Below, one piece after another: positions 37,754 to 47,444 of a stretch of DNA of 51,131 nucleotides. The stretch's first letter is position 1. Every line of letters begins with the position of its first letter. This DNA is from an uncultured Smithella sp. (GTDB lineage Bacteria > Desulfobacterota > Syntrophia > Syntrophales > Smithellaceae), in contig CAZXIP010000001.1 in NCBI GenBank assembly GCA_964640755.1, positions 1-51,131 on the forward strand. The letters are read 5' to 3'. The notes beneath the pieces are model-generated. The model was not told where the DNA came from. It did no database searches and saw nothing but the letters and a program-made list of their open reading frames with translations. Made by a program: the position numbers and the translations under genes.

Positions 37754-38428
37754 TTAAACCAGTTTCTTCATCAGGTCTTCGGCGACTTCCTTCACGCCGG
37801 CGCGGCCGTCAACGATGATGACTTTAGTTCTTTCCTTGAAATAGTTGACAGCAGCCAGTGTTCCGGTCTTCGTGTCATAGTAAATCCCATGACGCTTATC
37901 GATTGCCGCGCTGTCCTGATCATCGGCGCGGGTGGATAATTCCTCGCAGCCGCACACTCGGCAAACGGTCTTGCCGTCTTTTTCCGCCGGCTTGATCGCA
38001 TCGATATAAATATTATTCGGGTGGTTGTTGTCTGTTTTGCACAACCTGCGGCCCATAATGCGCTTTTTGGACGTTTCGCGATCCAGGTCGATCTCGATAA
38101 CGATGTCCAGTTTGATGTTTTCTTTCTGCAGGGCTGCCCACAGAGCTTCAGCCTGAGCCAGGTTGCGGGGGAAACCATCAAGCAGCCAGCCGTTTTTAGC
38201 GTCGTCTTCCTTCAGGCGATCGAGGATCATGGGGATGGTAATATCGTCCGGGACGAGCTCGCCGCGGTCAATAAATGCTTTTGCTTTTTCTCCCAGCGGG
38301 GTTTTTTTCGAGATATTTTGACGGAAAATAACACCGGTTTCAATGTGGGGGACTCCGTATTTTTTCTGCACGATTGCACCTTGCGTGCCTTTGCCGCTAC
38401 CGTTGGGACCAAAGATTAAAATGTTCAC
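37754..38428 (-). CDS. adk: Adenylate kinase (long lid variant)
   Basis: P-loop GPNGSGKGTQ, LLDGFPR and a lid with C...CRVCGCE...RADD. It has a GTG start with an AAAGGAG SD. Confidence 0.93.
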   Translation of the reverse strand: MNILIFGPNGSGKGTQGAIVQKKYGVPHIETGVIFRQNISKKTPLGEKAKAFIDRGELVPDDITIPMILDRLKEDDAKNGWLLDGFPRNLAQAEALWAALQKENIKLDIVIEIDLDRETSKKRIMGRRLCKTDNNHPNNIYIDAIKPAEKDGKTVCRVCGCEELSTRADDQDSAAIDKRHGIYYDTKTGTLAAVNYFKERTKVIIVDGRAGVKEVAEDLMKKLV

Positions 38429-38550
38429 TTTGTCATGCTCCTTTCATAAAAAATGTTGAACTCGTAGCCTTATAATGTATTGTTTCGTTTTTCGCAACGA
38501 TAAAGATTGACCGGCGGTTTTATGTTAAAAATTCGTTTTTTTTGGATATT

Positions 38551-40008
38551 TCACTTTGACGTACTTGGTTTTACATCTGTTTTTTTATCCGGTTTTACAG
38601 GTTTGCCTGACCGCAATTCCGTCATGGCTTCGTTGATGGATGCTGCCCTTGGCGATTCTTTGGAAAAATATTCAAGCGCTTTTTGAAAATGGAAGAGGGC
38701 GCTGTCTTTTTTTTTATTTTTTTTGAAATGCAAACCAAAATAATAGTGAGAATCACCCTGTTGATTCAGCCGGCCGTAAGACATGGCAAGATGGTAGTCA
38801 CTATCCATATCATCGGGTGTCCTGTCCCGCAGCTTCAGAAAGCAGTTCAGAGCGCTTTGAAAATCACCAGTCGCGTAATGCGCCTTACCGAGCGCCAGCG
38901 TGATCTGATCATCATCGGGATTCACTCTGGACGCTTCAAGCAGATGTAAGCGGGCAAGGCTGATATTTCCTGTTTTAAAGCTGATCATTCCGATGCTTTT
39001 GAGAACATCGCCGTCCCGGGGTGATATTGAAAGTGCCTTGTTCAAATGTTCCACAGCGGCTCGTGTATGGCCAAGCTGTTCTTCTGTCATTGCCAGGGCG
39101 TAAAGAAGATCAACGTTGCGGGGATCTTTGTGAAGAGATTGAGTCAGCGTTTTGCGGCGGTTGATAAGACCGTTTCCGTCCAGAACAATCAGAGACTGCA
39201 TTCTGACAAAATTCCCCACAATGTCCCGGGAGCCGCCACCGCGATAATGCGTATGAAGAAGACTGTCCAGATAAAAAATGCGGTTGTCTGTGCCCGGATG
39301 CGTAAACAGATAGGAAGGTATCGATTTTGATATGAACTCATACTGCTTCATGATTTTGAGAAATTCAATCATAGCGGCCGGGTAATAACCGGCATCCACA
39401 AGATATCCTATTCCCAGCCGATCCGCTTCTTCTTCGTGTTCCCGTTGGTATTTGAGGCTTATTGAGGCTGCGCCGGCAATTGAGAATGTGGCAATGGCTG
39501 CCGTGGCTTCTCCTCCGCCTCCGAGCAGGGCAGCCGCGATAACCGCAGCCATCATGGCAAGGTTGAGTTTCTTCGATTTTTCAATAATGCTGGCTATATG
39601 CCGGGCGTTGGCATGAGCGATTTCATGCGCTATAACACCGGACAGTTGAGCCTCATTTTCCACAACGCTGATCAAACCCTTGTTGATATAAACATACCCG
39701 CCGGGTGTTGCGAAAGCGTTTATTGCCGAGCTGTTAAAAATCGAAAAGGTGTAATCAAAAGGAGCCTTGTCGCTTCGCTGCAGAATACGGTTGCCGATAT
39801 TGGCGATATAGGCATTAAGTTTTTTATCATGAAGCAAAAAGTTGTTCTTTTCAAGCTTGTCATATATTTCCTTGCCCAGCTTTTTTTCATCGGCAATGGT
39901 AAAAGAAGACCATGCGCTCTGTGTGGCGAAAAGCACGATAAAAACAGACAGAATCAAAGAAAAATATTGCTTTTGAACAATTTTACACATAATTGTTGCC
40001 ATCATCAT
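38551..40008 (-). CDS. M48-family zinc metallopeptidase with C-terminal TPR repeats (BepA/YfgC-like)
   Basis: A signal/anchor sequence, an HEIAH zinc motif and a downstream glutamate (EEEAD). The C-terminus has TPR-like repeats. Confidence 0.85.
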   Translation of the reverse strand: MMMATIMCKIVQKQYFSLILSVFIVLFATQSAWSSFTIADEKKLGKEIYDKLEKNNFLLHDKKLNAYIANIGNRILQRSDKAPFDYTFSIFNSSAINAFATPGGYVYINKGLISVVENEAQLSGVIAHEIAHANARHIASIIEKSKKLNLAMMAAVIAAALLGGGGEATAAIATFSIAGAASISLKYQREHEEEADRLGIGYLVDAGYYPAAMIEFLKIMKQYEFISKSIPSYLFTHPGTDNRIFYLDSLLHTHYRGGGSRDIVGNFVRMQSLIVLDGNGLINRRKTLTQSLHKDPRNVDLLYALAMTEEQLGHTRAAVEHLNKALSISPRDGDVLKSIGMISFKTGNISLARLHLLEASRVNPDDDQITLALGKAHYATGDFQSALNCFLKLRDRTPDDMDSDYHLAMSYGRLNQQGDSHYYFGLHFKKNKKKDSALFHFQKALEYFSKESPRAASINEAMTELRSGKPVKPDKKTDVKPSTSK

Positions 40009-40108
40009 TCGGTATTAAGGTTAAAACATACTACCTGCTTTAATGTCATTAGGCAAGTTCTGCTTGTCGATTGTCACAGGCAGTGAAAAAAGCAGAGGGC
40101 AGATCAAA

Positions 40109-40777
40109 ATGAAACCAGTGATTACCATCGACGGACCCGCCGGCGCCGGCAAAAGCACCGTCAGTAAGGCGCTTGCCGAAAGACTTCAATTCGTTTACCT
40201 GGACACGGGAGCGTTGTATCGTGCGCTTGCCTTCAAGGCGCTTAAATCTAAGATTGATGTGAATAACCCTGATGAACTGGAGCAGTTGTGCTCAACCACC
40301 GATGTCATCTTGAAAAACATGAATGGCGCAATGACGGTTTTTGTCGATGGAGAGGATATCGGAGATAAAATCCGGACGGAAGAAGTTGGATTGACTGCTT
40401 CCACCCTGTCTGCGTTCCCTGTGGTCAGGGAAAAATTGCTTGATCTGCAGAGGAAAGCAGGAGCACGGGGAGGTATTGTGGCGGAAGGAAGAGACATGGG
40501 GTCGATTGTTTTTCCGAATGCTGAAATCAAGATTTTTCTAGATGCCGATGTCGGGGAGAGAATCCGCAGACGCCATGAAGAACTTGTTCAGAAAAACAGA
40601 CCGGCTGCGCTTTCCGATATATCCAGGGATATGCGGGCCAGAGATCATCAGGATTCACAAAGAAAAATCGCGCCTCTTATGGCGGCTCCGGGTGCGATTA
40701 TCATTGATTCAACTTCTCTGGATGTTTCACAGGTCGTTGAGAAAATTCTTGAACATATATCAGGTGTTAATGATTGA
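40109..40777 (+). CDS. cmk: Cytidylate kinase
   Basis: ITIDGPAGAGKST, YLDTGALYRA and GRDMGSIVFP. The start is at ATG 40109 with an AGAGGG SD. cmk-rpsA synteny is present. Confidence 0.93.
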   Translation: MKPVITIDGPAGAGKSTVSKALAERLQFVYLDTGALYRALAFKALKSKIDVNNPDELEQLCSTTDVILKNMNGAMTVFVDGEDIGDKIRTEEVGLTASTLSAFPVVREKLLDLQRKAGARGGIVAEGRDMGSIVFPNAEIKIFLDADVGERIRRRHEELVQKNRPAALSDISRDMRARDHQDSQRKIAPLMAAPGAIIIDSTSLDVSQVVEKILEHISGVND

Positions 40778-40997
40778 AGGCAGTGAAATAAATGAAATAC
40801 AGCGGTTACTTGATTTATCTTGCTATTTCATTTTCTGTATGTTACGCATTTAAGATTAAAAAGTCTCATTAAATTTAGGGGGTATCAGGTTAATGGTTAA
40901 CAATAACAACACAAACTTATCAAACGAAAAGGAGGTTAAGACCGACTCTTCAATTTCCGGCGCACATCCGTTATCAAACCAGTCAAAAGAAGAAGAC

Positions 40998-42665
40998 ATG
41001 GGTTTCAAGGAACTCTACGAACAGAGTCTTAACCAATTACAGTATGGTGACATTGCCCGCGGCAAAGTGGTTCAGATAACGGCGGATATTGTCATGGTGG
41101 ATGTGGGTTGGAAAACGGAAGGTTTTATTCCGATCAAAGAACTCAAAGACGCAGAGGGAAACCTGACTGTGTCCGAAGGTGATGATATAGAGGTATTTAT
41201 TGACAAGCGTGATTCCGAGGGGAATCTTGTCCTTTCGCGGGAAAAAGCGGCCAAACTGAAAGTTTGGGATGACATTAAACATATAAGCGAAAATAATCTT
41301 ACGATCAAAGGCACGGTGGTAGAGAAAGTGAAAGGCGGTCTTTCCGTTGATATCGGCATCATTGCATTTCTGCCCGGATCGCAGATAGACGTCCGTCCGA
41401 TCAAAGACCTGGATCAGTTTATCGGTCAGACGATGGATTTTCAGATCCTGAAATATGATCGCAAACGCAATAATGTCGTTTTATCCAGACGATCCATTGT
41501 GGCCACGGAAAGAGAAAGTGAAAAGAAAGAAACGCTGAACAATATAGTCGAAGGAAATGTCATAGAAGGTGTCATCAAGAATATTACCGATTATGGGATT
41601 TTTATCGATCTCGGCGGGATTGACGGTCTGCTCCATGTGACCGATATTTCCTGGGGAAGAATAGCCAAACCTTCAGAAATATTCCATAAGGGAGACAAAA
41701 TCAAGGTCAAGGTTCTTTCATTTGACCGCGAAAAAGAAAGGGTTTCGCTGGGGCTGAAACAGCTTCATGAAAACCCCTGGGAGCATATTTCGGAAAGATA
41801 TCCCGTGGGCGCACTGGTGCAGGGCAAAGTCGTCAACCTGACCGACTACGGTGTGTTTATCGAACTGGAACCCGGTGTTGAAGGTCTGGTTCATATATCG
41901 GAAATGTACTGGACACGGGAAATCAAGCATCCGTCCAAAGTCATGAATGTCGGTGATACGGTAAACGTGGTGGTTCTGGAAGTCAATCCGGAGGCAAAGC
42001 GAGTTTCTCTGAGTCTGAAACAGACAACAGCCAATCCCTGGGAAAAACTCAAGGAAAAGTATCCGGTCGGCACCATTGTGAAAGGACAGGTTCGCAACAT
42101 CACGAATTTCGGCGTGTTCATCGGAATTGAGGACGGCATTGACGGTCTGGTGCATGTGTCGGATATCTCATGGAAGCATCGGGTCACGCATCCTTCCGAA
42201 TATTTCAAGAAAGGGCAGGAAGTCGAAGCTGTCGTCTTGAACATTGACGTTGACAACGAGAAGTTTTCTTTAGGCATCAAGCAGATTGAAAAGAACCCGT
42301 GGGAAGAACTGCCTCAAAAATACGCACCCGGAAGTGTGGTGACCGGTAAGATCACCAACTTTACAGACTTCGGGATTTTTGTGGAAATCGAAGACGGCAT
42401 CGAAGGGCTGGTGCATATTTCGGAGATAAGCCAGAAAAGGGTAAAGTCATCCGCTGAGCTTTATAACGCGGGAGACGTTGTGTCCGCCGTTGTGAAAAGC
42501 ATCGATGTGAAAACAAAGAAAATCCGTTTAAGCATCAAGGAAATGGAAGCACCGGCACCCGCTCCGGCTTCAAACCACCAGTATCTCAATAATCGGGAAA
42601 ATATCGGTTCGAATCTCGCTCAGGCACTGGCTGACGTAAAAATCGGCAGTCAGACCAAGGAATAA
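40998..42665 (+). CDS. rpsA: 30S ribosomal protein S1
   Basis: Six S1 (OB-fold) repeats, e.g. G..V.G.V...T.FG.F(V/I). The start at MGFKELYEQSL (ATG 40998) matches the canonical S1 N-terminus and length (555 aa). The longest ORF starts at 40893. Confidence 0.9.
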   Translation: MGFKELYEQSLNQLQYGDIARGKVVQITADIVMVDVGWKTEGFIPIKELKDAEGNLTVSEGDDIEVFIDKRDSEGNLVLSREKAAKLKVWDDIKHISENNLTIKGTVVEKVKGGLSVDIGIIAFLPGSQIDVRPIKDLDQFIGQTMDFQILKYDRKRNNVVLSRRSIVATERESEKKETLNNIVEGNVIEGVIKNITDYGIFIDLGGIDGLLHVTDISWGRIAKPSEIFHKGDKIKVKVLSFDREKERVSLGLKQLHENPWEHISERYPVGALVQGKVVNLTDYGVFIELEPGVEGLVHISEMYWTREIKHPSKVMNVGDTVNVVVLEVNPEAKRVSLSLKQTTANPWEKLKEKYPVGTIVKGQVRNITNFGVFIGIEDGIDGLVHVSDISWKHRVTHPSEYFKKGQEVEAVVLNIDVDNEKFSLGIKQIEKNPWEELPQKYAPGSVVTGKITNFTDFGIFVEIEDGIEGLVHISEISQKRVKSSAELYNAGDVVSAVVKSIDVKTKKIRLSIKEMEAPAPAPASNHQYLNNRENIGSNLAQALADVKIGSQTKE

Positions 42666-42670
42666 GTGGA

Positions 42671-43570
42671 ATGAGAAAACATCCGGTAATGTCAGGATTG
42701 CTTTTACTGGTTGTGCTTGGCTTTGTATTTTATTTAATCTTTTACAGAGCAGGTGTGCAGACCGGAAGCGCCGGCACGAAAGGATTTTCTTTAAATGATA
42801 AAATTGGTGTTTTGCCCATTGAGGGCCTGATCACCAATTCATTTAAAATCAATCAGAATATTGATGAATTTGCACAAGACGACTCCATCGTGGCCGTTGT
42901 TGTGCGGATTGATTCGCCCGGCGGCAGTGTTGGCGCGGCTCAGGAAATCTACGACGCTATCCTTGAACTCAAGAAAAAGAAGAAAGTCGTTGTGTCGATG
43001 GGGTCGATTGCCGCTTCCGGGGGATTGCTGATTGCCTGTGCGGGTGACAAGATTGTAGCCAATCCCGGAACCATCACAGGCAGTATTTCCGCGATTATGC
43101 AGTTTGCCAATCTGGAAGAACTTCTGAAAAAAGTGGGCGTGAAATCATCTGTTGTTAAAAGCGGCCCATACAAGGACATCGGCTCACCGATGAGGGAGAT
43201 GACTCCGGAAGAGCGATTGATTGTCCAGGAACTGGTTGATGATATTTACAATCAGTTTATTGATGTCATTGTCCGTGATCGGAAACTGACCCGCGAGCAG
43301 GTTGTGGCAATAGCGGATGGACGCGTTTTTTCCGGCCGTAAAGCCAAGGAATACGGTCTGGTGGATCAATTAGGAAATATGGCCGCCGCAGCGAAACTGG
43401 CCAGTGTTCTGGCCGGCAAAAAAGGCCAGTACGATCTGGTTTATCCCAAGAAAAAAAGTAAAGGTGTTTTTGATCTGATGCTTGAGAGTGCCGCACATTC
43501 AGTCAATCAAGCGATCCGGGAAAAGGCCGAAGCTACCAGAACAGGTGTCAGTTATCTGTATCAACCATAA
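42671..43570 (+). CDS. sppA: Signal peptide peptidase SppA, 36K type
   Basis: An N-terminal TM helix, RIDSPGG, SMGSIAASGG (Ser nucleophile region) and KSGPYKD. Confidence 0.88.
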   Translation: MRKHPVMSGLLLLVVLGFVFYLIFYRAGVQTGSAGTKGFSLNDKIGVLPIEGLITNSFKINQNIDEFAQDDSIVAVVVRIDSPGGSVGAAQEIYDAILELKKKKKVVVSMGSIAASGGLLIACAGDKIVANPGTITGSISAIMQFANLEELLKKVGVKSSVVKSGPYKDIGSPMREMTPEERLIVQELVDDIYNQFIDVIVRDRKLTREQVVAIADGRVFSGRKAKEYGLVDQLGNMAAAAKLASVLAGKKGQYDLVYPKKKSKGVFDLMLESAAHSVNQAIREKAEATRTGVSYLYQP

Positions 43571-43589
43571 CCTCCTGACGGCAGGGTTT

Positions 43590-43874
43590 ATGACCAAAAA
43601 CGAATTGATCAAAAAAACTCAGGAAAAATTTAAAACATATTCACAAAAAGATATCGCTCTGGCGGTGCAGACCATTCTCGATTCCATGGCAGGCGCATTA
43701 AAAAGAAACGAAAGAATAGAGATAAGAGGTTTCGGAATATTTGTCATGCGCAAAAGGAACCCCAGAATTGGACGCAATCCGAAGTCAGGTGAAGCGGTTT
43801 CTCTGGGAGATAGAAGGGTCCCGTTTTTCAAAACAGGGAAAGATTTGCGATTAAAGGTTGATCGGAAAAGATGA
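43590..43874 (+). CDS. ihfB: Integration host factor subunit beta (HU/IHF family)
   Basis: MTKNELI and ERIEIRGFGIF...R.GRNPKSGE.V.L....VPFFKTGKDLR closely parallel E. coli IhfB. It lies downstream of rpsA, as in enterobacteria. Confidence 0.88.
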   Translation: MTKNELIKKTQEKFKTYSQKDIALAVQTILDSMAGALKRNERIEIRGFGIFVMRKRNPRIGRNPKSGEAVSLGDRRVPFFKTGKDLRLKVDRKR

Positions 43875-44644
43875 CTTACAAAAATATCATCCTTGAAAAG
43901 AAAAAATCATACGCTGTCATTAAATTTAACCGTGCGCATGAAATGAACGCACTTAGCAAAGAAATGAGACTGGAATTTAATGACGCCCTGCTGGATGTCG
44001 AGACAGATCAGCAGATGAATGCCTTATTGATTACCGGGGGAGAATATGTCTTTTCCGCCGGCATGGATATCAAGGAAATGGCATCCCTTTCGAATGTGGA
44101 GATTGATGACTACTTCGAATCGATGAAGCGATATCTTAAAAAGATATATTCGTATCCGAAACCGGTGATTGCCGCAGTTGGCGGAATTGCACTTGGCGGA
44201 GGTTTCAATATCGTGACGGTTTGTGATCTTATCGTTGCATCTGAAAGCGCTATTTTTTGTCACCCCGAGCTGAAATTCGGATTAAGTCCTCTTTTCTATC
44301 CTTTAAGCCAGATTGTTGGTGTAAACAAAGCAAAGGAAATTGTTATGTTGGGTGAGCCGATAGGCGCAATCGAGGCAGAAAGAATTGGTCTTGTGAACAA
44401 GGTGGCGCCTCCTGAAAGATTCATGAGGGAGGCTGAGAAAATAGCGGAAACATTGTCATCAAGATCTGTCAAGGCACTTGAAGAGCTGAAAAATATCTGT
44501 TCCGTGGTTCCGAGGATGGATAAAATTGCCGCTCTGGATTTGGAAATGTCCATTAACGGGATGTTGTTTGCCCGTGATGAGCGCAAAATCCACATGAACG
44601 AAGTGCTGTTTCTGGAAAAATTGAAAAAGAAAAAACAAAATTAA
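43871..44644 (+). CDS. Enoyl-CoA hydratase/isomerase (crotonase) family protein
   Basis: NRAHEMNALS, FSAGMDIKEM and AAVGGIALGGG oxyanion-hole motifs. There is an ATGA overlap with ihfB. Confidence 0.85.
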   Translation: MTYKNIILEKKKSYAVIKFNRAHEMNALSKEMRLEFNDALLDVETDQQMNALLITGGEYVFSAGMDIKEMASLSNVEIDDYFESMKRYLKKIYSYPKPVIAAVGGIALGGGFNIVTVCDLIVASESAIFCHPELKFGLSPLFYPLSQIVGVNKAKEIVMLGEPIGAIEAERIGLVNKVAPPERFMREAEKIAETLSSRSVKALEELKNICSVVPRMDKIAALDLEMSINGMLFARDERKIHMNEVLFLEKLKKKKQN

Positions 44645-44831
44645 CGTCTATTCGCAAGATCAGCGCGAGACATTCACCATCAAAAAAAATTTTTTTGGGT
44701 CATTTTTATAATCATGTTACCTTGTGACCGGATTTTATGAAATATTACATGATATCAGTTCACTACAATGAACTTCATCGACGTTAGCCCTGTGGTCCGG
44801 AATAAAAATATTTCTTGAAAACTGATTAAAT

Positions 44832-45116
44832 CTAGAGATTGTCCCAGTCGTTGCCGGGGGCTGCGAAATCCTTAAGCTGATCTCTTCGTTTTTTATGCTG
44901 AAGCTTTTTAAGCGCTTTGGCTTCGATCTGGCGAATGCGTTCACGGGTAACGCCCATCATATCGCCGACTTCTTCCAGGGTGAAGGGCCCGAAATTGCAG
45001 GCAACCCAGGTGCAGTTTAGAAACGCCTCGTTTTTCAGACGCCACTCACAGGTTGTGTCGGTGCAGATTTCCGCTATTAAAACCCCTTTTTTCTTGCATA
45101 GATAAGTGTTAATCAT
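44832..45116 (-). CDS. Stand-alone sigma-70 region-4 (HTH) mini-protein with Cys-rich N-terminus
   Basis: [28 protein letters not shown] is near-identical in pattern to RpoD region 4.2. The N-terminal 45 aa carry five Cys (C7, C18, C23, C35, C40). GAAGGGA SD. Confidence 0.7.
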   Translation of the reverse strand: MINTYLCKKKGVLIAEICTDTTCEWRLKNEAFLNCTWVACNFGPFTLEEVGDMMGVTRERIRQIEAKALKKLQHKKRRDQLKDFAAPGNDWDNL

Positions 45117-45255
45117 CCAGTGATCCCTTCGCTGTGTAGAGTAAACGGTAACTTATGGTTACTTGAGTCTTTTGTCAATAATTAAGATAAATAATTTTGT
45201 AATAAACATGGATGGATGCCGCAACACGGCAACGGCATAACGTGCCAAAACTGGT

Positions 45256-45588
45256 TTAAAAAAATATTTTATCCGGCGGACGTCTTTCCGGAACGTACTG
45301 GTGCGGAATCTTATCGTCATTCCAGTCCTGTGAAACATACAGATTGCAGAAGCAGCTGCCGAATTCTTTCACATCTTCGCTTCTATAGGCACAGGGACAC
45401 ATAATATCGCGGTCTTTTTCCCGGTCTCCTGCCGCCAGACGGCAGGGGCAGGATGAGTAACCGTAGCGTTCCTTGTTGACCAGAAGATCCTGAAGAATGG
45501 AAAGCACCCAGCCCTTGTCTTTGTTGAAAAAGTAACCTTTAGGTTCCTGTGCTTTTTTTAACAGATCATACAGTTCTTCCGCCGTCAT
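45256..45588 (-). CDS. Ferredoxin:thioredoxin reductase catalytic-subunit-like protein (FDR/FTRc family)
   Basis: A CPCR ... CPC ... CFC cysteine pattern, corresponding to the FTRc CPC/CPC/CHC Fe-S plus redox-disulfide motif. 110 aa. Confidence 0.8.
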   Translation of the reverse strand: MTAEELYDLLKKAQEPKGYFFNKDKGWVLSILQDLLVNKERYGYSSCPCRLAAGDREKDRDIMCPCAYRSEDVKEFGSCFCNLYVSQDWNDDKIPHQYVPERRPPDKIFF

Positions 45589-45839
45589 GAAAGTCCCAGA
45601 GCCTCCCTGATGTCCTTTTCCTTAAAACCGATAATGATTCTGTCACCGATGATAATGGTTGGAAAAGAACGATGCGGGTTGAATTGAATGACTTCATTCA
45701 GGGCGGTTTCCCTGTCTGTGCCCTGAAGCAGATCAACATCCGTTGAATCAAAAACGATATGATTTTCATTTAGAAATTTTTTTGCCGCTTTACAATGGCT
45801 GCATGTGCTCAATGTATAAATTTTTACCTTTTTTGCCAT
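45585..45839 (-). CDS. Glutaredoxin/NrdH-like small thioredoxin-fold protein
   Basis: VKIYTLSTCSHCKAAKKFL (CxxC) and SFPTIIIGD (cis-Pro region). 84 aa. There is a 4-nt overlap with the FTRc-like gene. Confidence 0.85.
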   Translation of the reverse strand: MAKKVKIYTLSTCSHCKAAKKFLNENHIVFDSTDVDLLQGTDRETALNEVIQFNPHRSFPTIIIGDRIIIGFKEKDIREALGLS

Positions 45840-45988
45840 GTTGCGTCCTCCTCAAATTTTAAAGTTTATATCTGTTTTTTAACGATTATGTCAAGCGGAT
45901 AGTCGGTGTATTCAAGGGTAAAGATTTATTGACAAGAAGACTCAATTCATATATCAACAAAAGCTCATTTGAAGAAAGAAAATACTTT

Positions 45989-46630
45989 ATGAAACATAAT
46001 AGTATTATTGCCCGCGAAGGTTTTCCCTTTATCATCATTTCCCTGGTTCTGACTGTCCTTGCAGCATTTTTCAACATCCTGTGGCTGGCAGTCATTTTGG
46101 CTCTGATTACGGTTTTTATCATCTGCTTTTTCCGCAATCCAGAAAGGTATTTTAAAGACGAAGATAAGCTGGTGATCTGCCCGGCTGATGGCAAAGTCAT
46201 CAGAATAGAAGAAGTTGAGGTTCAGGGAACCATATCCGGAAGGTTTAAAAAAATCAGTATTTTCATGAACGTTTTTAACGTTCATGTGAATCGTGCGCCC
46301 TATGGTGGGAAGATAGAGAAAATATACTATCACAAGGGTAAATTTCTGTCCGCAAATCTGGACAAGGCGTCGGCGGAAAATGAGCGTAATGAAGTGATGG
46401 TTCGCACCAAAGACGGCCGCGTGATCTGGACGGTGCAGATTGCCGGCCTGATCGCAAGGAGAATCGTCTGCTGGGCAAATGAAGGATCCGACATAAGCAA
46501 AGGCGAACGATTCGGCTTGATCCGCTTCGGATCACGCGTCGAAGTATTTTTACCTTCCGATTCCCGGATTGTTGTGAATCTGAATGCCAAAGTCCGGGCG
46601 GGACAAACACCCCTGGGATACCTCTCATGA
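45989..46630 (+). CDS. psd: Phosphatidylserine decarboxylase proenzyme (short, archaetidylserine-decarboxylase-like type)
   Basis: Two N-terminal TM helices, NVHVNRAP and the self-cleavage motif FGSRVEV. The start is at MKHNSII (ATG 45989). It lies directly upstream of pssA. Confidence 0.88.
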   Translation: MKHNSIIAREGFPFIIISLVLTVLAAFFNILWLAVILALITVFIICFFRNPERYFKDEDKLVICPADGKVIRIEEVEVQGTISGRFKKISIFMNVFNVHVNRAPYGGKIEKIYYHKGKFLSANLDKASAENERNEVMVRTKDGRVIWTVQIAGLIARRIVCWANEGSDISKGERFGLIRFGSRVEVFLPSDSRIVVNLNAKVRAGQTPLGYLS

Positions 46631-47403
46631 ATGAAGAACAACGGCAGATCAGAAAAGCGCGGCTTAAAAAAGGTATTTATGTCCTGCCCAACCTTTTTAC
46701 CACAGCCAGTTTATTTTCCGGATTTTATTCAATCATTGCCTCGGTGCAGGAAAAGTTTTATGTCGCAGCTGTTGCCATATTGGTTTCAGTCGTTTTTGAC
46801 AGCTTGGACGGCCGGGTAGCAAGAATGACAAACAGCACAAGCAAATTCGGAGCTGAATATGATTCCCTTTCCGATCTGATTGCGTTTGGTATGGCTCCTG
46901 CTTTGCTGGCCTATATCTGGGCAATGTCCTTTTACGGGAAACTGGGTTGGATGGCAGGTTTTCTGTTTGTCCTCTGCGGAGCGCTCCGCCTTGCCCGATA
47001 CAACATACAGATCGGTCTCATCGAAAGCAGTGTGTTCAACGGTCTTCCCATACCGGCGGCTGCCGGTGTCATTGCCACCACGGTTATTTTTTTAGATGAT
47101 CTTGGCATTGATTACGGAACATTTCACAGTCCTTTCATCCTGGTCCTCGTGTTTGCCCTGTCCGTTTTAATGGTCAGTAATATTAAATATTACAGCGGCA
47201 AGGACATGAAACTTTTTTCCCGTATGCCGTTTATGACTTTTCTTGTGCTTGTCGGCATATTATTGATCATTATTTATAAACCGGAAGTTATGTTTTTTGT
47301 CATTTTTGTTGGATATGCCCTATCCGGTCCTATCTGGTGGTTGTTAAAATTCATTCAGAAAATGCGCCGCAAGGATGTGAAACCAAACGGTGTTTCCAGC
47401 TAG
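46627..47403 (+). CDS. pssA: CDP-diacylglycerol--serine O-phosphatidyltransferase
   Basis: The CDP-alcohol phosphatidyltransferase motif DSLDGRVAR....S.FGAEYDSLSDLI. It is a polytopic membrane protein. There is an ATGA overlap with psd. Confidence 0.9.
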   Translation: MNEEQRQIRKARLKKGIYVLPNLFTTASLFSGFYSIIASVQEKFYVAAVAILVSVVFDSLDGRVARMTNSTSKFGAEYDSLSDLIAFGMAPALLAYIWAMSFYGKLGWMAGFLFVLCGALRLARYNIQIGLIESSVFNGLPIPAAAGVIATTVIFLDDLGIDYGTFHSPFILVLVFALSVLMVSNIKYYSGKDMKLFSRMPFMTFLVLVGILLIIIYKPEVMFFVIFVGYALSGPIWWLLKFIQKMRRKDVKPNGVSS

Positions 47404-47444
47404 GAATCATAACAACTGAATTGGTTAAATTCCAAAGAGATCCT

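Noticed and set aside
44682-44696. A8T7 palindromic homopolymer tract after the crotonase gene
   Set aside because: No GC-rich stem precedes it on either strand, so it is not a convincing bidirectional terminator. It is probably just an AT-rich spacer.
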